From Rickettsiales bacterium (lineage in GTDB: Bacteria; Pseudomonadota; Alphaproteobacteria; Rickettsiales; UBA1997), in contig JAQTXT010000001.1 in NCBI GenBank assembly GCA_028688645.1, forward strand, positions 1-56,177: DNA of 56,177 bases. Reading direction: 5' to 3'. The stretch's first letter is position 1, and every line of letters begins with the position of its first letter. The translations under genes were made by a program, and so were the position numbers. Shown here piece by piece: positions 19,264-26,844 of this stretch. A model generated the notes under the pieces. The model was not told the DNA's origin, searched no databases, and was given only the letters and a program-made list of their open reading frames with translations.

Positions 19264-20370
19264 ATGGAATTTAAATATTCATTAAATAATAGTGTTTTGA
19301 AAATTTCGTTTTGTGGTGATTTTATAAATTATCATAACGAGAAAGAATATGAAAATTTTTTAAAATGCATAAACTCATCAACTTTCAAACAAATAATCAT
19401 AGATGGAAAAGAGTTAAAAAAATGGGATTCAACACTAGCTGTTTTAGTATTTAAAATACTCAAAAACAACAAAAAAGCAGAAATTGATACATCAACCCTA
19501 CCAGATGGCTTAAAAAAATTACTAGAATTAGCTTTTTATAGTGAAAAAAATCCAATAAATCATGAACAAGAGAAAAAAAGTATAATTGAAAAAATTGGAG
19601 ATAATACAATTAATAAATATACCGCTTTTGATAGAGGTTTTATTTTTTTTATCAATATTTTTAAGTCACTTGGTAGATTTTTTGCGGGAATTGCAACAAT
19701 AAGAAAAGTTGATTTTTTATTTGCCTTAGAAGAATGTGGTTATAAAGCCTTGCCGATAGTTTGTTTAATTAGTTTTATGGTCGGATTAATTCTTGCTTTT
19801 GTGGGAGCAACTCAATTAAAAATGTTTGGTACACAAATATATGTAGCAAATCTAGTAGCTATTGGTATGGTTAGAATTATGGGTCCTGCCATGACTGGCA
19901 TAATTATGGCTGGTAGAACAGGTGCCTCTTACACTGCTACTATTGGAACAATGCAGGTTAATGATGAAATTAATGCTTTAAAAACTATGGGAATACCAAT
20001 AATGGATTTTCTAACTCTCCCTAGATTATTAGCTTTAATATTAATGATGCCTATTTTAAGTATGTTTGCTGATATTTTTGGTGTTCTCGGTGGTGCAAGT
20101 GTAGGAACAACAATGCTTGGGATTCCGTTTCATGAATATTATAGACTATCTATGAAAGCCTTAAATTTAAAAAATTTCTTAATTGGCATTTTTCATGGAT
20201 GGATTTATGGCTGGATTATATCAATCTGCGGATGCTACTACGGTATTTATTGTGGTAAAGATGCTGAAAGTGTTGGAATAGCAACTACAAAATCAGTTGT
20301 AACTACAATAGTTTGGATTGTTATTGCAACAGGCATAATAACTTTTGTATGCCAATTAATCAAAATATAA
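19264..20370 (+). CDS. mlaE: MlaE-family ABC transporter permease with an N-terminal extension of about 110 aa
   Basis: The C-terminal 250 aa have MlaE/YrbE-like TM topology and motifs (..MVRIMGPAMTGIIMAGRTGAS..EINALKTMGI..). The N-terminal soluble extension may be STAS-like. Confidence 0.75.
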   Translation: MEFKYSLNNSVLKISFCGDFINYHNEKEYENFLKCINSSTFKQIIIDGKELKKWDSTLAVLVFKILKNNKKAEIDTSTLPDGLKKLLELAFYSEKNPINHEQEKKSIIEKIGDNTINKYTAFDRGFIFFINIFKSLGRFFAGIATIRKVDFLFALEECGYKALPIVCLISFMVGLILAFVGATQLKMFGTQIYVANLVAIGMVRIMGPAMTGIIMAGRTGASYTATIGTMQVNDEINALKTMGIPIMDFLTLPRLLALILMMPILSMFADIFGVLGGASVGTTMLGIPFHEYYRLSMKALNLKNFLIGIFHGWIYGWIISICGCYYGIYCGKDAESVGIATTKSVVTTIVWIVIATGIITFVCQLIKI

Positions 20371-20548
20371 ATTGCACATCCCCAAATTTTATAATAGCAT
20401 AATTTTTCGGTCAATTATTTTCTTTTTTTTATTATTTATGTTATAGTGAGAACATTAAAGTATATTATTTCCAAATTTAATTCCTAAAAACCTTGACTTA
20501 GAAATAAAATAAATCTACAACTATGACAACTTTAACAATATTTTTCTT

Positions 20549-21307
20549 ATGGAAACAATTTTAAGTAGAAAACAAATTATAATCGATATAATTAGTGGAA
20601 ATACAACGCAAAGAAAAAGATGGGATTTATCTGGACTTGATTTAAGAGAATTAGATTTATCAGATCTAGACTTGAGCGGTGTTATTCTTTTTAATGCTAA
20701 AATTGATAGAACCTGTGTAGAAAAAATCATGAATGGACAAATTAAAGGAATAGAAAAAGGAAATTTATCTGAATTTGATTTAAGTGGATTAGATTTATCA
20801 AATATGGATCTTTCAAAAGCTAATTTAACTAAAGCTGATTTAAGTGCTACTAATCTGACCGAAGTCAATCTAACTGGAGCTAATCTAGAAGTAGCAAATT
20901 TAACTATGGCTAACTTAACTATGGCAAATTTGACTATGACGAACTTAACTATGGCAAATTTGACTAAAGCTAATTTAACTAAAGCTAATTTAACTAGAGC
21001 TAATTTGACAAGAGCTAATCTTTACGACACTATTTTAATCAGAGCTCATTTAATCAAAACTATATTTGCTGACAACGATATGACTGGAGCTGATCTAAGT
21101 GAAGCTATTTTAATTAAAGTTGATTTAAGTAAAATCAATCTAAGAAGAACTATTATCAGTTTTAACTGGGTCGATAGCCAAACAGGAACACCGCCTAGAA
21201 GTAGTATTATAAGTATAGGTCAACAAACCTCACCTAAACTAAAAATTTTTTCTTTACAACATAGATCCAAAAAAATACCAACAAAAACTATATATTCAAC
21301 TCTATAG
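20549..21307 (+). CDS. Pentapeptide-repeat protein
   Basis: 252 aa. There is a long run of A(N/D)L(T/S)x pentapeptides (ANLTKANLTRANL...). The C-terminus is a basic tail. Confidence 0.85.
   Translation: METILSRKQIIIDIISGNTTQRKRWDLSGLDLRELDLSDLDLSGVILFNAKIDRTCVEKIMNGQIKGIEKGNLSEFDLSGLDLSNMDLSKANLTKADLSATNLTEVNLTGANLEVANLTMANLTMANLTMTNLTMANLTKANLTKANLTRANLTRANLYDTILIRAHLIKTIFADNDMTGADLSEAILIKVDLSKINLRRTIISFNWVDSQTGTPPRSSIISIGQQTSPKLKIFSLQHRSKKIPTKTIYSTL
20894..21022 (+). repeat. 15-bp in-frame tandem repeats encoding ANLT(M/K/R)
   Basis: Units such as gcaaatttaactatg, gctaacttaactatg and gcaaatttgactatg repeat about 8-9 times. Confidence 0.85.
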
Positions 21308-21342
21308 TGAATTTAAATATCATACAATAGTTAAAACTAACA

Positions 21343-21372
21343 AAAAATCCGCCAATTAAATGACGGATTTTT
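21343..21372 (-). terminator. Terminator hairpin downstream of the yebC-family gene (bidirectional position)
   Basis: Read on the minus strand: aaaaatccgtcatttaattggcggattttt. It is almost identical to the rpsP terminator at 33883-33910. Confidence 0.55.
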
Positions 21373-21398
21373 ATTAATAATTTACAAATTACTATTTA

Positions 21399-22145
21399 TT
21401 ATAACTTATCTGCTATATCATCAGCAATTTCAAAATTTGAATAAACATTTTGAGCATCTTCATTGTCTTCGAGCATTTCAATTAATTTATTAATTTTTTG
21501 TGCCTTTTCAACATCATCAATAACCATAGGTTCTTTTGCTATCCAACAAAGTTTTGCTTCTTTTGGTTCACCAAATTTTGTCATTAAAGTATCTCTAACT
21601 CTGATAAAATCTTCAACTGTAGTAGTGATTTCATGCCATTCCTCAGAACTCTCAACATTTTCAGCGCCAGCATCAATAGCCGCCTCTAACATCGCATCTT
21701 CAGTTGTAACACTTCCTTCATATCCGATAACACCAACTTTATCGAACATAAAACTAACACTGCCTGTTTCACCCATATTACCACCACACTTTGTAAATGT
21801 AGATCTAATACTTGAAGCACTTCTATTTTTATTATCAGTCAAAGCCTCAACTATTATAGCTATACCATTAGGACCATAACCTTCATATCTTATTTCTTCC
21901 CAATTCTCACCAGCGCCAGTACCAGTTGCTTTTTTAACAGCATTTTCAATATTTATTCTTGGCATACTTGCAGCTTTGGCTACAATTATTGCGCTTCTTA
22001 ATCTAGGGTTAAATTCTGGATTAGGATCACCTATTTTAGCCGCTACTGTTATTTCTTTTAATAACTTAGTAAAATTTTTTGCTCTTTTGCCATCTGTTAT
22101 AGCTTTTTGATGCTTTGTTGTAGCCCATTTAGAATGACCTGACAT
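21399..22145 (-). CDS. YebC/PmpR-family transcriptional regulatory protein
   Basis: 248 aa. The MSGHSKWATTKHQKA N-terminus is diagnostic of the YebC family. Confidence 0.92.
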   Translation of the reverse strand: MSGHSKWATTKHQKAITDGKRAKNFTKLLKEITVAAKIGDPNPEFNPRLRSAIIVAKAASMPRINIENAVKKATGTGAGENWEEIRYEGYGPNGIAIIVEALTDNKNRSASSIRSTFTKCGGNMGETGSVSFMFDKVGVIGYEGSVTTEDAMLEAAIDAGAENVESSEEWHEITTTVEDFIRVRDTLMTKFGEPKEAKLCWIAKEPMVIDDVEKAQKINKLIEMLEDNEDAQNVYSNFEIADDIADKL

Positions 22146-22302
22146 AAATACCTAACATTATTTATAATAATAATAACACTAAAAGGTTAAAACTTTATTT
22201 TTATTTTTCAATATACCTTTTATTAAATAATTTAAATAGTAAATTTAATTTAGATATTATAAATTAAAAGTGGAAAGAATTAAGCCTAATTACAAATACA
22301 AA

Positions 22303-22334
22303 AAAAGGATTGAAAATTACTTAACAATCCTTTT
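22303..22334 (-). terminator. Terminator hairpin downstream of the AMP-phosphorylase-like gene
   Basis: aaaaggattg / caatcctttt inverted repeat, flanked by A/T runs on both sides. Confidence 0.5.
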
Positions 22335-22355
22335 ATTTTTCAAATTATAATATAA

Positions 22356-23846
22356 CTAATTGATTTTCATTATATTATCATCACTAGTTGCAAAAGCATA
22401 CGCTTGTTCCATAGCACCTTGTGAATCAGCATGAATAGTGAATAATTTTTCACCCTTTTTAACTGTATCATTTAAATGCTTATATAAATACAAACCAGCA
22501 ACCTTTACTTCGGGTGTTCCAGCAAATCTACAAATTTGTGCAATTTTTCTATTGTCTATTTCAACAACTTTACCATCTTTCTTTGCTAAAATATCTTTAG
22601 TAAATTTAGCTGATGGAATTTCTTTAACAGCACCTTGAGCTTTAACAATTTGCATAAATTTGTCATAAGCTTTTCCGCTTTCAAGAATATCCTTAGCAAT
22701 TTTATATCCTTCACCTTTTTTAACTTTCGGATCAAACTCAATAATATCTGCAGCTAATTGCAATGAACATTCTTTCAAATCTTGCGGAGCATCTGCTTCA
22801 CATTTGAACAATTTTAAAATATCTCTTGCTTCTAAAACAGGACCAATACCGTTTCCGATAGGCTGAATACCATCTTCATGAACAACAACAACATGTTTTC
22901 CAAGTTTTTTACCAATACCTTCAAATGTATTCTTAAGTCTTTTAAAATCTTCTTCATTTCTAACTTTTGCAGTTGGTCCAACAGGTACTACAATCAAAAT
23001 ATGAGTGGAACCAGCAGCAATTTTTTTAGATAAAATTGAAGCAACCATCTGACCTTCACTATCAACATTTAAAAGTTTTTTAGTATTGATAATCAAATCA
23101 TCAGCTGGGCTTAAATCAACAGCTCCCCCCCAAACTATACATCCATTACATTCATCAACTATCTCTTTCATTCTTTCAGTTGAAACATCAACATTACACA
23201 TTACTTCCATAGTATCAGCAGTTCCAGAAGGAGAAGTGATAGCTCTTGAAGAAGTTTTTGGAATATGTAATCCATATGCAGCAACTATTGGAATAACGAC
23301 ATTCGTTGTTCTGTTAGCAGGAATACCGCCAATACAATGTTTATCAACGACTATATCATAATCCCATTTAATCGTTTGACCAACACTAACCATCGCTTCA
23401 GTTAAAAATGAAATTTCATCAAGATTCATATTACCACCTTCGCATACACCACAAAATGCAGCAATATGAGCTGTAGAATAATAACCATTAACTATATCTT
23501 GAATTATGGCTTTCATATCTTCTTTTCCAATAGAATGTCCAAACATTTTTGCTCTAACAGCAGCAAATGATTTTAAAATTGGAATATGTAAAGCTTCAAC
23601 TTCAGTTCCTTCAGGTAAACCTAGTCTTTTAAAAGCTACATCAGATAATCCTACTTCATCACTTTTTATAATATTATCAACATCTATCAAAACTAACTCA
23701 GTACCAATTTTTTTATCGGCACCCTTAATTTCTATTCTAATTCCACCTTCAAATCCTTGTTCAATAATAATTGGCGATTCTTTGTTAAGATATGAAAACG
23801 CCTCTTTTCCATTGTCAAAATTCATTTTCTTTATTTTTAATTTCAT
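22356..23846 (-). CDS. Thymidine phosphorylase family protein, long AMP-phosphorylase-like type
   Basis: 496 aa with an extra N-terminal domain. The motifs DKHCIGGIPANRTT and KTSSRAITSPSGTADTMEV match the archaeal-type AMP phosphorylase branch, rather than DeoA (HSTGGVGD). Confidence 0.8.
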   Translation of the reverse strand: MKLKIKKMNFDNGKEAFSYLNKESPIIIEQGFEGGIRIEIKGADKKIGTELVLIDVDNIIKSDEVGLSDVAFKRLGLPEGTEVEALHIPILKSFAAVRAKMFGHSIGKEDMKAIIQDIVNGYYSTAHIAAFCGVCEGGNMNLDEISFLTEAMVSVGQTIKWDYDIVVDKHCIGGIPANRTTNVVIPIVAAYGLHIPKTSSRAITSPSGTADTMEVMCNVDVSTERMKEIVDECNGCIVWGGAVDLSPADDLIINTKKLLNVDSEGQMVASILSKKIAAGSTHILIVVPVGPTAKVRNEEDFKRLKNTFEGIGKKLGKHVVVVHEDGIQPIGNGIGPVLEARDILKLFKCEADAPQDLKECSLQLAADIIEFDPKVKKGEGYKIAKDILESGKAYDKFMQIVKAQGAVKEIPSAKFTKDILAKKDGKVVEIDNRKIAQICRFAGTPEVKVAGLYLYKHLNDTVKKGEKLFTIHADSQGAMEQAYAFATSDDNIMKIN

Positions 23847-23854
23847 TTTTCTCC

Positions 23855-25336
23855 TTAAATTAATTTTTCAGTTTGTAAATATTCAGGAACCTCAGTCTTC
23901 CAACCTAATTTTTCCTCAATCCTTTTAGCCAAGCCTTCGCTCGAACTAAGTTCACCATGGGTTATAAATACTTTTTTAGGAGAATTTGGCATAGTTTCTA
24001 GCCACTCCAAAATTTCTTTACAATCAGCATGATCCGACATATTAGCTAATACTTCAACTTTAGCTCTTATGTGAACCATATTACCATGTATTTTAATTTC
24101 CTTTTTACCATCTATAAGATCCCTACCCCTAGTTCCCTCTGCTTGGTAACCTGCAAACACGATAGTGCAATTTGGTTTTGTTCCAAAATTTGCTATATGA
24201 TGTAAAACTCTACCACCAGTAGCCATACCACTAGCTGATATTATTATGCAAGATCCAGGATAACTTAAAATTCTTTTTGATTCTTCTCTTGTGACGCAAA
24301 ATTTAACCGATTTATATATATCTTGATATTCCTCTCTCGAAAGTTTGTTTTCATCTTCATAATCATCAGTTAGTGTTGTAACCTTAATGGACATTGGACT
24401 ATCAAGAAAAACAGTCAAATCAGGTATTTGCCTTTCATTTTTTAACTTATTTATATAATATAATATCTTTTGAGTTCTACCAACAGAAAAAGCTGGCATT
24501 ATAATTTTTCCACCTTTAGCTACTGCCTTATTTATCATTTCAGCAAGTTTAGCTTCTGGATCCGAATCAGAATGTAATCTATCACCATAAGTAGATTCAA
24601 CAACCACGAAATCAGCATTATGTACTCTTTCAGGATCATGAACTATTGGAGAATGGGGTCTACCTAAATCTCCAGAAAATAAAATACTTTTACCTTTTGA
24701 TTTCACAATAACACTACCAGCACCTATAATATGCCCTGCTCTAACAATCTCAAAACTAATATCATCACTTATTTTTACCTCTTGATTAAAATCTATAGTA
24801 TCAAAGAATCTAAATGTTCTTAAAGCATCTTTTTGTGTATAAAGCGGTTTAGGATTTCTATGTTTAGAAAATTGGTGTTTCTTTGCATATTTAGCATCTT
24901 CTTCTTGCAAAAATCCAGAATCTGGCAATAATATCTTACACAAATCAAAAGTCGCTTTCGTACAGTATATCTTTCCTCTAAAACCATTTTTTACCAATAA
25001 AGGTAAATATCCACTATGATCCAAATGTGCATGAGTTAATATAACAGCATCTAAATTTCTTGGATGAACTGGCAAACTATTCCAATTTCTCAATCTTAAT
25101 TCTTTCAATCCTTGAAATAAACCACAATCTAATAAAATCTTTGTCTTACCATTTTCTAGCAAATACTTAGACCCAGTAACAGTTCTCGTTGCCCCTAAAA
25201 AAGTTATTTGAAAATCACTCACAATCTTCTTAGGTGGAGCGCCTGTAATCAAATCTTTAGTAACATTATATTTCAATTTTTCAAGAGTTGAAAGATTTCT
25301 ATATTCTTTTAAGTATTCAGACTCTTTTTTACCCAT
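23855..25336 (-). CDS. MBL-fold beta-CASP metallo-hydrolase (CPSF/RNase J-like nuclease family)
   Basis: HAHLDHSG motif, ESTYGDRLH, and a C-terminal ..SDHAD.. beta-CASP motif. It is separated by 8 nt from the downstream phosphorylase-like gene. Confidence 0.85.
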   Translation of the reverse strand: MGKKESEYLKEYRNLSTLEKLKYNVTKDLITGAPPKKIVSDFQITFLGATRTVTGSKYLLENGKTKILLDCGLFQGLKELRLRNWNSLPVHPRNLDAVILTHAHLDHSGYLPLLVKNGFRGKIYCTKATFDLCKILLPDSGFLQEEDAKYAKKHQFSKHRNPKPLYTQKDALRTFRFFDTIDFNQEVKISDDISFEIVRAGHIIGAGSVIVKSKGKSILFSGDLGRPHSPIVHDPERVHNADFVVVESTYGDRLHSDSDPEAKLAEMINKAVAKGGKIIMPAFSVGRTQKILYYINKLKNERQIPDLTVFLDSPMSIKVTTLTDDYEDENKLSREEYQDIYKSVKFCVTREESKRILSYPGSCIIISASGMATGGRVLHHIANFGTKPNCTIVFAGYQAEGTRGRDLIDGKKEIKIHGNMVHIRAKVEVLANMSDHADCKEILEWLETMPNSPKKVFITHGELSSSEGLAKRIEEKLGWKTEVPEYLQTEKLI

Positions 25337-25465
25337 ATATCATTTTAAAATTCAACATAAAATATACTACAATCTTAAATATTAATTGTAAATACCAATT
25401 ATTTAGTTGAATATTTTTTTTTATTTATTATCTTAAAGATATAATTGTAATTAATAGTTAATCGA

Positions 25466-25759
25466 ATGAAAAGTTTCGGAATACCTTGCGATTTTAATGG
25501 ACAAAAACAAACAATATTATTTTATATTGGCAATCCACATCAAGATCAACATCCTATTCATTTCCAATCAAGTTGGCTGTCTTCTGTAAAAGGTGGTGTA
25601 GTACCAGCTGATATTATGGAATCAATTTCAAAACTACACGATTTAGCCTTAAGACACAAAGTATCATTTGAAGAATTATGTTATTATGCAATAAATGTTG
25701 CTAACGGTAGCTTGGAAAATGACAATAAAGGATTTGCAAAAATCATTGAAGAGATGTAG
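25466..25759 (+). CDS. Small conserved hypothetical protein (DUF2610-like)
   Basis: 97 aa. The pattern PCDFNG.K....YIG.P....HP...Q..WL....GG..P.....S..KLH.....N.VSFEELC.YA resembles a small family conserved in alphaproteobacteria. This assignment is from memory only. Confidence 0.5.
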   Translation: MKSFGIPCDFNGQKQTILFYIGNPHQDQHPIHFQSSWLSSVKGGVVPADIMESISKLHDLALRHKVSFEELCYYAINVANGSLENDNKGFAKIIEEM

Positions 25760-25764
25760 AAATA

Positions 25765-26586
25765 ATGTCAGCAAAGAAGACAAAAATTAAAAAAAACAGA
25801 AAAAGAATAACCAAAAAAAATGCAGGATTAATAATATTAATGCTGAAATTTTTTAAAGTCTTCAAAATAACTTTTACTATCTTCATATTATTAGTCGTGA
25901 TTTATTTTTTTTCGTTTTTATATAAAAACAGCGTTTTCACAAATTTCATAACAGATATAAAATTTATATATTCAAAAACACTTTACAAAAATATTTGTTC
26001 AAATGTTGAAATTAATGGCGTAGATAAATCAAACATTTATAATATACAGGATAAAATTTATAATTTTTGTAGTTTAGAAGACAAAAATGACTTAAATTCT
26101 CTATTAAATAAATTAAAACAAGATCCATGGATAAAAAATATTAATATAAAAAGAATACTACCAAACACCTTAGAAATAACAATTGATGAATATTTACCTT
26201 TTGCTATTTGGAAAAATGACGAAAATATTGAACTAATCAACGAACAAGGAACAACAATAAATATTAACGAAAGAGAAAAAAGAGGATATTACAATTTATT
26301 AGCAGTAATGGGAGATGGCTCTAAAGAAAATATTTATAGTTTATTTAACATATTATCTTCCAACCCAAGCCTATTTTCCAGGATAAGATCCGCCATAAGA
26401 GTTGGAAAAAGAAGATGGGATTTTATACTTGATAATAATATTATAGTAAAAATGCCAGAAGAAAATAATTTATTGGACGCTTGGGATAGACTTGACAAAA
26501 TATTATCAATCAGAGGAAGTGAAATAAACCTAAAAACTATAGACTTACGAAATAGCGATAAAGCATTTCTCGAAGAAAATAATTAA
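25765..26586 (+). CDS. ftsQ: Cell division protein FtsQ
   Basis: A basic N-terminus and a single TM are followed by a POTRA-like segment (..DPWIKNINIKRILPNTLEITIDEYLPFAIW..). There is no ftsA/ftsZ downstream. Confidence 0.75.
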   Translation: MSAKKTKIKKNRKRITKKNAGLIILMLKFFKVFKITFTIFILLVVIYFFSFLYKNSVFTNFITDIKFIYSKTLYKNICSNVEINGVDKSNIYNIQDKIYNFCSLEDKNDLNSLLNKLKQDPWIKNINIKRILPNTLEITIDEYLPFAIWKNDENIELINEQGTTININEREKRGYYNLLAVMGDGSKENIYSLFNILSSNPSLFSRIRSAIRVGKRRWDFILDNNIIVKMPEENNLLDAWDRLDKILSIRGSEINLKTIDLRNSDKAFLEENN

Positions 26587-26844
26587 ATCCTTCAGAACAA
26601 AGGAAATTTCTAATCAATTTAAAATCCCAATTTCTACTGGAATGAATTTACAAAATCCTTCTCACTCAACTGATAGTGCTTGCGGTGTTGAGTCTTTTGT
26701 GACTTGTGGTGTTGGATCACCAAATAATATCAAAACCGCAATAAAATAAGAGTAAATCAAGATTCGATAGCCTTAGGTAGTTAGTGTGAAGATATAAAAC
26801 CACGATACCCAAAACACCACATCGCACCATATAATCCGAATCCA

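Noticed and set aside
20521-20868. 115-aa minus-strand ORF overlapping the pentapeptide gene
   Set aside because: It is antisense to a repeat-coding region. Its low-complexity S/L/K content mirrors the repeats. The plus-strand pentapeptide frame is the coherent one.
26642-26749. 35-aa Cys/Ser/Thr-containing small ORF as a RiPP or lanthipeptide precursor
   Set aside because: There are no modification, transport or immunity genes nearby, the ribosome-binding site is weak, and the ORF sits in a convergent spacer. It is kept only as part of the low-interest note on the GC island.
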